A stretch of DNA of 55,004 nucleotides from Cyanophora paradoxa CCMP329 (Eukaryota > Plantae > Glaucophyta), in assembly GCA_004431415.1 (NCBI GenBank), contig QPMI01000285.1, forward strand, positions 1-55,004, read 5' to 3'. Positions 32,977-44,714 of this stretch are shown piece after piece (position 1 is the first letter of the stretch; each line of letters opens with the position of its first letter). The notes below the pieces were generated by a model that saw nothing but the letters and a program-made list of their open reading frames with translations, was not told the DNA's origin and did no database searches. The translations under genes and the position numbers were made by a program.

Positions 32977-35501
32977 ATGTTCGTCGCGCAGGCCCCCGTG
33001 GTCGCCCGCGGCGAGGCTGCGGCGGAGCTGGTCAGGAGCATGGCCGCGCGGCGGCAGCAGCCGCCGGCCCGCCGGCAGCGCCAGCTTGCACGCAGCACTT
33101 TCCTCGGCGACGCGACGGCCGCGGCGGGCCCGAGCTGCGCGGGATCCGCGACCACTCGCCAGGGCATCGCGTACGATCGGAGCGGCCGCGAGGCACCGGC
33201 CTTCTCGGGCCCGCAGGCTTCGCTCATCGAGGAGCTGCACAGGAAGCTGACAAGCAAGGAGGTCTCGGCCGTGGAGCTCGCGCAGCAGTACTTGAAGCGC
33301 ATCGAAGCCGTGGAGCCGAAGGTCAAGAGCTTCATCTCCGTCTCCCCGGACCTGTGCGCCCCACCCCGGCAAAGAATCTAGCTCGAGCGCCGGCGCGCGG
33401 CGCCCTCACGCGGCGCCGCGGGGGCGCTCGCGGGGGCTCGTGCGGGCCTCCTGACGGCGCGGGACAGGGCGCTGGAGCAGGCGAAGGCGGTGGACGCGCG
33501 GATCGCCAAGGGCGAGGAGGTGGGCCTGCTGGCGGGCCTGCCGCTCGCGGTGAAGGACAACCTGTGCACGCGGGGCGCCCCAACGACCGCCGGCTCCCGC
33601 ATCCTCGACGGCTTCCTCTCCCCCTACGAGTCCACTGCCTCCCAGGCGCAGGCCCCCGCCCGCCCCCACCCCGCCGGCGGCGCCGCCGCTGACGCGCCCC
33701 GCCCGGCCGCGCCGCGCAGCGCCTGCTGGACGCCGGGATGGTTATGGTCGGCAAGACGAACATGGACGAGTTCGGCATGGGCAGGTACTCCCCGCCCTCC
33801 CGCCCCCGCCCCCGCGTGCCCCGCCCCGCTCCGGCCCGCCTGACCTCCGTGCGGGGGTACAGCTCCACCGAGAACTCGGGGTACCACGTCACGGCGAACC
33901 CATGGGACACCTCGAAGGTCCCCGGCGGCTCCTCCGGCGGTTCCGCCGCGGCGGTCGCCGCCCAGGCGCGAACCCCCGCCGGCTCCACCCCCCGCCCGCG
34001 CTCACCCGCGCCCCGCAGGAGTGCGTGGGCGCGCTCGGCTCAGACACCGGAGGCTCGATCCGCCAGGCACCCCGCGGCCCCGGCCCGCCCGCGCACTCTC
34101 CCCTGACGACGTACCCCCCGCAGCCGTCGGCGTTCTGCGGCGTGGTGGGCCTGAAGCCGACCTACGGGCGCGTCTCGCGGCACGGCCTCATCGCGTGCGC
34201 CGGCGCCCCCTCTCGCCGCGCCCCGGCCGCGCGCGACGCCGGCGGGGCGCAGCTACGCGTCGTCGCTGGACACCGTCGGCCCCATCGCCCGCACCGTCAA
34301 GGCGAGCGTCCCCCCTCCGCCCCCTTGGGCGAGGGGCGCGAGCGAGCCGGGGGCGGGCGCAGGACGCGGCGATCCTCCTCTCTGCCCTCGCCGGGCGCGA
34401 CGCCATGGACGGGACCTCCTCCCCCGCCAAGGCCTGCCCCCCGCCCCGCCCCGCGCCCGCCCCCTCGAGCGGGCCGGGCGGGCAGGTGGGGGACTACGCG
34501 GGGGCGCTGGGGGCGGAGGGGGGCTCCCTCAAGGGCCTCCGCGTGGGCCTCCTCCAGGAGACCCTCGCCGACGGCCTCGACCCCGAGGTGGCGGGGGCCC
34601 TGCACCCCGCCCCCGCCCCCGCCCCCCGCCCCGCTCAGCCTGCGCAGGTGAAGGCGGCCGTGCTGGCGGCCGCGGAGCAGCTGCGCGCCCTCGGCGCCGA
34701 CGTCCTCGACGTCTCCTGCCCCGCTTCGCCTACGGCGCCGGTGCCCGCCCCCGCCCCGCCCCGCCCCGCCCCCGCCCTTCCGCCGGGCAGCGGGGCTGAT
34801 GGCGGGGTGCTGCGGCGGGGCAGCGGCGTACTACGTGATCGCGCCCTCGGAGGCGAGCGCCAACCTCGCCCGCTACGACGGCGTCCGGTGCGCCCCGGCC
34901 GCCCCGCCCGCCCCGCCCCGCCCCGCCCCGCCCCTCGCCGACGGGGGCGGGGGGCAGGTACGGGAGGCGGGCGGCGGCGTCGGACCTGGTCGCCATGTAC
35001 CGCGACTCCCGCGAGGCCGGCCTCGGCCCCGAGGTCCCCCCCGCCCCCCGCCCCGCCCCCCCATCCCCTGCCCTGGTGATCCGGTGCCCCCCAGGTCAAG
35101 CGGCGCATCATGGTGGGGACGTACGCCCTCTCCTCGGGCTACTACGACGCCTTCTACGACAAGGCGCAGCGCGTGCGGCCCCGCGCCCGTACCCCCCGCT
35201 CCAATCCCGATCACGATACCCCCTCCAGGTCCGCTCCCTCGTGAAGCAGGACTTCGACGCGGCGTTCGAGAAGGCGCGTGGCCGCCTCCAGCGGCGGGGG
35301 CCGGCCCCGCGCTGAACACGGGGCGGGGCGGGGCGGGCAGGTGGACGTGCTGGTGAGCCCGGTGGCGCCCTCGCCGGCCTTCGGGATCGGCGAGAAGTCC
35401 TCAGACCCGGTGCGCGGGGCCCCCGCACCGCCACGGCCGCCTCCGACGGGGCCGGCGCCGGCGCCAGGTCTCGCTGTACCTGGGGGACCTTATGACGATC
35501 C

Positions 35502-35532
<31 letters not shown>

Positions 35533-35743
35533 CCTCCCCTGCGGCTTCACCGAGGCCGGCCTCCCCGTCGGCATGCAGGCCCGCCGCCCCCGCGCCCCCG
35601 CCGCCCCACCGTGCCCCGCCGCGCCCCGGCTCATCGGGCGGCAGATCATCGGGGGCATGTTCGGGGAGGAGACGGTGCTGCGCGTGGGGCACGCCTTCGA
35701 GCGGAGCACGGAGTGGCACGCGCGCGACCTCCCCGCCCTGTAG
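32977..35743 (+). CDS. gatA: Glutamyl-tRNA(Gln) amidotransferase subunit A, organelle-targeted, 17 exons
   Basis: [84 protein letters not shown]-terminal extension MFVAQ..STFLG. One missing C at ~34720. Confidence 0.96.
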
Positions 35744-36784
35744 GCCCCCGCCCCGGCTGTCGCCGCCTCCCCCGCCGGGCCGGGGGCTCCGACCCCCGGG
35801 GCCCGAGGCCTGGCCCAGAGACCGACAGCTCCGTCTCGCGATCGACATCGCGATCGGCTGCCCTGCACACGCGCATGCAGGCTGCCGTGCCGCTAGCCGC
35901 AGCGGCAGCCGCCACGTTGAATTCTGGTCGCTTTTCGCGAGTGTGATATCGTGATTTTAATATCGATATCATTTTCATTTATGTCATAGTCATCAATGTT
36001 ATCACGGCGATACTCGTCATTGCAGAGCCAGCCAATTCCAAGTCGAAAGTGACTCGTGAGTGGGTCACTTGTGAGGAAGTTGTGAGTCCGAGGCTTGTGA
36101 CTCAGTGACTCACTGAGTCAGCAAGCCGGCGCAACGACATATACAGGGGGTATATACGTACCGCCGTATACCGTAACATTTTACCGGTACCGTTTACGTA
36201 TACGCTCTACTGTACATGTAACTTTAGTCTGGAATCGTAGAAATCTTTTTTAAAATTACCCCGCTTTCGACAGCTAGTGTCTTTAATTCGTCTATGTTCT
36301 TTTTTAAAATTACCCCGCTGACGAATATTTGACACTCTTGAACGGAAATTGTGCATTGAGAGGGGTACTAACGGTAAACGTTGCAACTGACCCGTCTGTG
36401 GCGGAGACGCGGGGCTGACGAAAATATGATGCCGGCCGTCACGATTCGTCACAATTTTCAGGTTTTGTCGAAATTAAGTCTCACGACGAACTTTCCTACG
36501 TTGGCATGTACCGTTACTAGCATATAAATAATTACTACGGGCTACAGCTCGCGAATCGCGATCGCCTTCGCGTTAGAAATTTCAAGTTTTGGAAGTTAAC
36601 TTCGAAAAGCTTGCAGGCTAAACTTTTGCCGCTAAAGTTGCAGCCGCTGAACAGCCTCAGTGATCAGGAATCAGGATACGCGTACGAGAGTCCCGGTGTC
36701 AGGAAGTGCAATGACAGGAACTGTCACTGTCTGTCAGGCAGTGTCAGCCACTCTGGCAGACTGGCACTGTCAGGCACTGTCAGC

Positions 36785-37176
36785 TAGGGTTGCCGTGTCA
36801 ATTGACATGTCAGTCTACCCTGTGGACATTGACATCGGACATTTGACATGTCAACCGACATGTCAACTGACATTGATTATTATATTATATTATATTATAT
36901 TATATTCCAAAAGTGAGGCGGTGGGGCAGCTTGGGCGAGGTCCTCAGCGCCTCCCTGCTGCCCTCTGCCTCCTTCCTAACATCAGAAACGTGCTGCTAAC
37001 GCTTGCAGAGTGCTGCTTACATGTTTTAATCATGATTTGCAGGCGTTTTAGCTTGTTTGGAGGGGTATCCCCCCCGATGTCAATGGACATGTCAACCCGG
37101 ACCCGTGGACATTGACATGACATGTCAACTGACATTGACATGTCAATGTCAATTGACATCGGACACGGCAACCCTA
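36785..37176. mobile_element. Non-autonomous hAT-type MITE (392 bp)
   Basis: 15-bp TIR TAGGGTTGCCGTGTC / GACACGGCAACCCTA; 8-bp TSD CTGTCAGC (36777-36784, 37177-37184); many sub-terminal TGACAT/ATGTCA motifs. Confidence 0.92.
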
Positions 37177-40100
37177 CTGTCAGCACGCCGGCGCAGCGCA
37201 GGCTGCCAGTGCGCACTGCGGCAGCTGTACAAGTCATGATCAGCTGCAGCCTGCAGCTTGTACATGCCATAATGTGAGCGAGCCTCGGAATCGGCTCGGA
37301 TCCAGACTCCAGCCTGGCAGAGCTGCCGGCCGGGCTGTTGGGAGACCGTACTACGGTAGGACATGTACATGTACAGCTAGCTATTAGTAGCCTATTACTA
37401 CTAAGTTAGCCTAGTAGCTAACGCGCGGTGCATCTGCGCATGCGGCACTGTGGTGCATCTGCGCATGCGGCCAAGCTATGCATATGGGCTTAAAATTGCA
37501 GCACCCGCATGCGCACCGCGCCCACGCCGTGACGCGGCGGCGCTAAATGTACAGCTGTAGCTGCGCTCAACCGCTCTAGATCTGCACTCCAGCGCCACGC
37601 GTACGGCCGCGGCCCGGCGGCAGCCGGGAATTGATCATGATCGGCAGTCGGGAATTGACGTCCGACGTCGACGGTCGCGCAGTCCTGATCATCGGATCAT
37701 GACTCCCGAGTTAGGTATGCGCTTTGAATTCCGATGCGCGCACGATGCGCATGCGCGAGCCGCGCGCGGCCGGGTCATGATCATGATCAGCGGGGCTCAC
37801 GCGACCGCTCACGCGTGGGCGGCTAAATTGAAATGCTAAGCTTGTCTGAATTTCGAATGGCCGCATGCGCGCGCAGCTGCAGCGACGCCATGACCCGGTG
37901 GCCGCGACGTCGACCGCATGCGCAGTGACGCCATTACTCCCATGAGATCTACCGGCCGCCGCCTGCGGCGCTGCGGGTGCACGTGCACGTGTTCCTGTTC
38001 GTGTCGAGTCTGCTCCCCCGCCAAGCCGACGGGCAATCATTGAATGGCGAGCTCGCCATACTATATAGCTACTACTATGATAAAAGGCGTGCATTTGTTC
38101 GCTGCAGCTGGCCATGGTGCGGGCCGCATGACCGCCAGCAATGTTCATGTGTCAGCAGACCCAGGTGCTGTTTTCGTGCTTTAATTTATGATCATTTTAT
38201 AATTACCGCTGTGCATCCGCATGCATATGTATTCATGGGCGCGCAGCTGCAGACGTCACGGCTGCGCATGTGCATGTGTCAAGCGAAACATCATCGATGC
38301 GCATTCATATGCGTTCCCGTGGCCATCTATCCCAGTACTAGTCGCAGCTCCAGCGATCGGCACATGCACAGGACCCAGCAGCTGCAATTGCGAAAGGATG
38401 GATGTCAGGATGAAGCTCGCCATCTGCATCGTCATATGCATAGCGACAGCAATGCGCAGCCTTACAGATCTCTTCAGCGACTGCGATCCTCGCTCGTGGC
38501 TTCTTTTGGGTCCGGATGCGATCGTGACACTGCCAGCGAGGGCGGGAGTTCTCTCAATTCTTCCTGACCGCGAACCCCAACTTGCTGCTAGGCTGTGGCC
38601 GGCAGCCGGCGGCCGCCGCCGGCAGCTGCACGCGAGGCCGAGGCTTGCGCGAGCTCATGATCAGCGCCACTCGGACACGGCCCGGGCTCGAGGTCAGCGG
38701 CACCGGACAGCTCGGAGGAGTCCCGGTCTCGCAGCGCCGCGGCCGCCTCGGGCTCTCCCCGATCAAGACCTCTCCACGCGCGCCCAGCCGCCGGCCCCGG
38801 CTGTGCGAACTTTACCATCTAGAGCCCTTCGAATTCCCGCAAAGGAGCGGCTGCGCGGGGCTTTTGCGCAAGGCGCTGGTCAACCCCGCAGCCACCGGAA
38901 AGTTCTACGCGGACGACTGCGCCGTTCGTCGTCCAGCTTCGCGGCGGCACGCGCAGCTTGCAAGACTCTGCTCCAGATCGCTCTCTTGGCAACCAGCCCC
39001 TCGCAACCTGGCGCGAACGCGCGCGCAGTACCCGCTAGAGGTAGCTACAGCGTCCTTGTTTTGTATTTCCTTCTGAAGTTCTCGTGTCGAGCAGCTTACC
39101 CTTGACTGCGCAGGCGCATTCTTCAACGGCGGTGCACACTTTGATTTGCATGCGCACGTGCACGTGTCCGAACGGTCGACGACGTCAACGTAACCTGCTT
39201 TTCGAACAGGGAACATCCCTATGTACTTCTCTTGGGGATCGGACTTCACGATCATGTTCTGGTGTGGACGTGTATACTTGTGTACTGTCCCAATTATAGA
39301 GGCCATCTCTCTAAATAAAATCCTTTCCCCTCCCCAACCCATCCCCCTAGACCTGTACATGTCCCGCCCCCGCGACCGGGGGCTGCGCCCAATAGAGAGG
39401 CTTACCAGTGATGCAACAGGATCAAGATCGACTCCTATCAATCGCAAGAGCGAGATATCCTTTGTTTCTATGACGTGCGAGGCTTTGATTTGCGCCCCTG
39501 CAGATCTAAATATAGATTGCGCTGACAATTTCAACGTACAGAGTGGTTACATGTTTCGAATTACGTTCGTCGGCGTCATTTCCTCTCACAAATAACATCG
39601 AGATTGCGTCTCGAATTCTTTCTCGCACTCTCTCACTCTCTTTCAACGAACGTCCGCAATCAGGTTCTGCCCGGGCTGTACCGCAGATTTCTCCGCGGTA
39701 GTGGGTCCCGGTGACGCGACGGGTTATGTCGACTTTAAAATTGCCTGGTGCGTGGCTTGGCCGATTCTCAATATTATGGCATGGCCGATGCTCAATATTA
39801 TAAGTATATAATAACTTTTCGAACAGCATCACCGTCGATGTCGTCGGTGGGGAAGTCGTCATGAATATGTTCGATGTGCACTTAAAAGGAACCTACGGAA
39901 TCAAGGTGCGCAAACGTGCAGCGCCATTTATATAATGCTTTCTTGTCTCCTTAGAACCCTGGGCGGCCCCTGCGCGCGATGCATATGCGTCTCTGATTCG
40001 AGTGCGATACATATCAATCCAGATTGGGCAGTGGACGGTAAGCACACAAGTTCGAGGCTGTTTCGGGCCTTAGTTTGGTGTATAAATTGATTCCTCGCTA

Positions 40101-40282
40101 TCGTTACGTATTCGGTTTGCATTGCAGCACGTCGCGGTGTCGATGGGAGGCGGGCGCGTTCGTGTGTATCGAGATGGCGCACACATCCATGATTATACAA
40201 GTACATACGTAAAGTTTTTACCGAACAGTGAGTAAAACGCATCCCTGTCTTCAAGTTCCCTCGAGATCTGCCTTCGCTGCAA

Positions 40283-41490
40283 TTGCTTACGTATACGGGC
40301 CGGGGCTTTCGTACAGAGCAGTGGCCCGTGTCACTGATGGGGAGCAGTCATTCGAGCGGATCCATCTTGAACAGCCGGATCGCGTACTTCCAGTTCTTCC
40401 AAGGGGTTTACATCAGCTCCAGCCGGATTTGGGAAGCGTACTCGACAGGAAATCTCCCATTGGAATACAGACGCTACGTAGACTACCGCTTCGACATCCT
40501 GGACTGTCTCTACCAGTGCGGAGCCGGCCGGGCGTGCGATCGGGTGAGCCATCTTCGAATTAGATGAGAGACCTGCAGCTGCCGAGGGATATTCTAACTG
40601 CTTTCGGCAGTCGGGAAACGGGAGGCATGCGAGCTTCCAGGGCAGCGTCAGCCTTGCGGATTGCCCCCCAGTTTACGCGCCCCCACTAGGTCTGTTCTCT
40701 TACCGCATGTAGACCTCCGCTGCAGCTTGAGAGGACGACGGGTACTGCGATATGTACTCATCGCGCGCGTTCCGTCAGCGATCGTCTTCGGCACGAACAA
40801 CGGGGCGCTGGGCCCGAGGTCCGTCAGGGTACCGGCGCTGGTGTTCGGAGGAGACGTCGTGCTGGAGCTACGGCTGAGGCCGCTCCAGAGCCCCGCCCAC
40901 GGGGCCGTCCTCTTCGACTTCGGCAACTACGACCCGCTCTCCGCCTCCACCAAGTACAACGTCGACTCCCTCGTGCGCATTTAATTGGGCTTTACATCAG
41001 CCTGCAGCCACCGCTTCCAATTGTTTGTGTGGTCTCAGATCATTAGCGCGTGCACGACCTGCACGGTTCGAGCTCTGCGGCACCGATCGGCTTCCTTATC
41101 ATATATAGTATTGCTTTCATCCGCAGTCTCATCTTGAATGATTTCTGCAGGTGGCCACTGGGCGCTTCGCCCTGCGCATCGAAGTTTTCAATGGGACTTC
41201 GCGCGTTGGCCTTGCAGACGTCTTCACGGACGCGTCCGGCGGGATACCGGTTCGGCTCGTTTCTTGCAAACTATCTTCTACTCGCATTCACGCTTGCATT
41301 TATTTTTAACGGCTGCAAGCAGTTCGGAGGGTCTTGGCAGTTTGTCTGGCTTTCCTTTGGCGTTCCCAACAGCGCGGGCAACAGCACCCTCAAAGCGTAC
41401 CTCAACGGGGCGCTCGCGACCAGCACGACTATCGCTGCTATCAAGAACACCACGCGCACTTCGAACTTCATCGGAAAGGCGAACGAGTGG
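40283..41490 (+). pseudogene. Exon fragments of a host LamG/ConA-like domain gene, apparently interrupted by the LINE
   Basis: Peptides VLFDFGN (~40906-40927) and WQFVWLSF..KAYLNG..TRTSNFIGKANEW (~41335-41490) resemble LamG-3 domains; exon structure not resolved. Confidence 0.5.
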
Positions 41491-41529
41491 GTGCGTCGGC
41501 ACACAGTTCATCGACATATGCATGTCTCA

Positions 41530-43382
41530 AGACAGGACTTCGGGGGTACGGAAAATTTGCGGTTGCGCGACGATTACGGCAGCGCGGCGGGCCAGGTTTC
41601 CCACCCGTGGGTTCCTGATAACGCTGCGTGTCAAGCTGCTCGGAAAGTCGCGCGCCGAGCCCACCCGACCCTTGTAGTCCGAAAGCGCTAGATAGGTCAG
41701 CCAGGAGCCGACGGATGGCCGAAAACAGCGCACCACCCCCCAGTAAGGCCGCTGAGACGAGCGGCCCGCCCCCGGATCGCCCGGGAGCGCCCCCGACCTT
41801 CACGGTCGCGTTTTTGAATGTCGAGAGCCTGACCAGCGTCCCCCGCCGCGTCTGGCTCACCCGGTGGCTTAAAAAGAGGCACATAGACGTTCTAGGCCTC
41901 GTGGACCACCGCCTCAGCCCTAAAGAGATCGCCGCCTTCGCCCGCCGCGTCGGCCCGCACTGGTCCGCTCACATCCCCCCAGCAGCGAACCCGCGCCCGG
42001 ACACTTGGAGCAGAGGCACTGGCTTCATCGTGCGCAACCAGATCCCAGGCCTCCCCGGTGCCCAGGCCGAGCTCGTCCCCCTCGCGCCCCGCGCGGGCCT
42101 GCCCGCGCACGATGTTACAGTTCTCCGCCTTGGCAGCGCCGATCACAACTATTACATCGCGTGCGTCTACGCCGCGAACGCCGTAGACGCGCAGCGCCGC
42201 CTCGCCGCAGGTCTCCAAGCTTCACTAACGGAACCCACGATCCCTCAAGGCGCCTCGCTGATCCTCGGCGGCGACTTCAACGCTTACGCCCAGCCGCTCC
42301 TCGAGAGCCGCCGCCGCGCAACCGGCGCGCCGCCCCCGCCGTTCGCTCACTGGGCAGAGATGCTCGCAGACCTCGGTCTTCAAGACGAGCACCGCCGTCG
42401 CCGCCCCGAGGAACGTATCTACACGCGCTGGCACAACAAGACCAGCCGCTCGAGCACAAACGCAGCCCGCCTCGACCACGTCTTCCTCTCGGCTGACCTC
42501 TGCGCCGCGGCAGAGAAAGTGGGCGTCTTCCGCACCGCCGGCCAAGCGCCGCGGCCAGACCACGATGCCGTTTACGCGCGCCTCTTCACGGGGGCTAAAC
42601 CCGTGACCAAATCATCCCGCTTCCGCCTGCAAGACCGCGTCCTCGCCCGCCCGGACTTCGACAAACGCGTTCGCGCGCTCATCGCTGACTCGCTCGCGGC
42701 GCAGCCCCCGCGACGGACGCACGAGTGGCAACGCTGGCTCGACAAGCTCATCACCGACATCCGGTCCATTGCCCACTCTCTCCGCCCGCGCGCTAACTCG
42801 GAACTCCGGGAGGCGCGCGAAGCCGTCGCAGACATGTGGGCAGGCGCCGAACAGGCGCTGCAGGAAGCCGGCCGCGATACCGAAGCCGAGGACGGCGCGG
42901 TGGCGCTCATCGGGTACCTGGCCCTCGAGGAAGCCAAGCTGGACGCGGCCGAGGCCGCCTTCCACTCCCGTAAGAACCTAGAACGCGCGCTCTCCGGAGC
43001 GGTCACCATCCCCCCCGACCTTGCCCGCCACATGCGCTACGCCGGCGCTGACCACGAAATGCGCTCGATGCAGCCGTACCCCCCGACCCCGGACACACCG
43101 CCCGCCTCCGATCACGCGACGATGACGGGGTACGTCAAGGCGTACTACACCGAGCTTCTCACCGCTCAGCGCCCCCTACCCCCCGACCTCCCCCCCCCAC
43201 CTGCGCCCGGCCCCGCCGCCGGCCCCGTACCCCCCCCTCCACCGTCCTCCGGACGCGGCGAAGCCCGCCCGTCCTCTCCACCTCCCCCGGGGCCAGTGCA
43301 GAAACGTGCACGCTCGGATCCCTCCCGTCCGCTGCCCGAGCCAGACGAGGCTCGCCCGGACCCGGCCCCCGCGCCGGACCCC
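41530..43382 (+). mobile_element. Non-LTR retrotransposon (L1/Tx1-like) fragment, 3' part displaced by PLV copy B; 5' boundary approximate
   Basis: Intronless APE-domain ORF preceded by a short ORF end (stop 41691); cut at 43382. Confidence 0.8.
41715..43382 (+). CDS. LINE ORF2 N-terminus: APE-type endonuclease (truncated before RT)
   Basis: FLNVESL, IDVLGLVDH, RGTGFIV, CVYA, ILGGDFN, YT, RLDHVFLS, DHDAV motifs in APE order. Confidence 0.88.
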
Positions 43383-43666
43383 ACACATAGTAAAATGCGG
43401 AGTTTTAACCCTCGGCTTAATCTTAATTGATTTTGTTGATATATCTCGTATATTCTATTTCAATCAATCGATAATCTGTGTATATCTTATCGAATATTCA
43501 ATTATTTCGATTATTTTGTATTCTTTTCGATATTTTATCGTAAATTTCTCTTATTTTCCGATTAGTCTTACTGAGTTAATCGATAATCTGTATATATTTC
43601 CGAATAATATAACTGAATCTCAATTAGATCTTGCCTCTGGTTAAAACTCCGCATTTTACTATGTGT
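43383..43666. repeat. Terminal fold-back of copy B: perfect 28-bp arms, 228-nt spacer
   Basis: ACACATAGTAAAATGCGGAGTTTTAACC (43383-43410) / GGTTAAAACTCCGCATTTTACTATGTGT (43639-43666). Confidence 0.97.
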
Positions 43667-43908
43667 GATTGGTCTTTTTGTTAATTGATTTAATCGATAT
43701 TATATTCATGTACTTTCTCGATTAAATTTAATTAAATTTAATTCATTTAATCGGAAATATATCGCTAAACTCGATTAAGATCCATAAATGATTCATTTGT
43801 TAAATAAAACAAATCGATCTCTTATTGAATCCAATCGTAATTATACATGAAACTTATATGATTTTATCATTGTTTTGTTGAGTCTAAGGGGGGACCCTTA
43901 GGTTTTTT

Positions 43909-44253
43909 GAAATAATTGGGTGTGACAGGTGTGACAGGTCTATCCAAAACTTTTGATAGTTCATTTTTAGGTTATTGAAAAGTTTGGGATAGACCTGTCA
44001 CACCTGTCACACAAACCATTTTCAGTAAGATCCTCTTTTATAATGAAAAACTCAGTAACAATATGAAAGAAGTTTATCTATGTAATTCTACTTAAATAAA
44101 CAAATGAAATAATCGAGTGTGACAGGTGTGACAGGTCCATCCCAAACTTTTGAGAGTTCATTTTAGTGCTATAGAAAACTTTGGGATAGACCTGTCACAC
44201 CTGTCACACAAACCATATTCAGTAAGGACCTCATATATTGTGAAAATCTCAGT
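43909..44253. repeat. Two direct copies (197-bp period) of a 35-bp-arm inverted repeat built from TGTGACAGG 9-mers
   Basis: 43920-43954/43978-44012 and 44117-44151/44175-44209. Confidence 0.93.
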
Positions 44254-44305
44254 GTTAGTTGGTGTAGTTGATTCAAAAAATGCATTTTATACTCTGATTC
44301 ATTGT

Positions 44306-44461
44306 TATTTCCTGTGAAATTTGAGTCAACTCAACCCACTTAGTCAACCCTTGCATTGAATTCGTAACAAAATCCATATACTATTACTACTTTTACGATT
44401 AATATGAGTCAACCTTGAGTCCACTTTAATATAAATATTATATAATAGGGGGAATCTAGGG
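44306..44461. repeat. 156-bp sub-terminal block, exact inverted copy of 19823-19978
   Basis: Direct reverse-complement comparison. Confidence 0.95.
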
Positions 44462-44609
44462 GAATGTTGAGTTTTAGTGTAAGGAAATCGAACATTATTC
44501 TAATTATTTGACATTGCTTAATGTAGGGTGCATTCACATTATGGCTTCATCATACAGTAGAATTCTATCGTAAAAAACGTCCGGAATCCGGAAAATAATC
44601 ATTGTAGAA

Positions 44610-44656
44610 AGCTACTGTAGTAAAAGGATATATTATGTCCTTTTGTAACAGTAGCT
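44610..44656. terminator. Imperfect hairpin downstream of the leftward gene block (possible 3'-end signal)
   Basis: AGCTACTGT..AAAAGGA..TCCTTTT..ACAGTAGCT, ~60 nt past the stop at 44715. Confidence 0.4.
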
Positions 44657-44714
44657 GATCAATGTTATTGTTAGATACCAAAGGAATCCTTTCAAAACTC
44701 ATTATAGAAACCCA

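Noticed and set aside
30551-35978. Dozens of long Pro/Arg/Gly/Ala-rich ORFs on both strands (also plus-strand ORFs in 20627-30565)
   Set aside because: Shadow frames of very GC-rich DNA, explained by spliced thiE/gatA and the minus-strand element.
36130-36560. Duplicated TTTTTTAAAATTACCCCGCT as part of a second MITE
   Set aside because: Could not define terminal repeats or a TSD.
37300-40250. ORFs and short palindromes (TGCGCATGCG, CAGCTG runs) as genes or elements
   Set aside because: No recognisable domain, TIR/TSD pair or consistent exon chain; may contain unrecognised host exons.
20645-43382. Host segment as cargo of a composite element bounded by the 156-bp inverted blocks
   Set aside because: The blocks lie inside two separate same-orientation virus copies whose termini face this segment; it holds ordinary spliced genes and no TSD links its ends.
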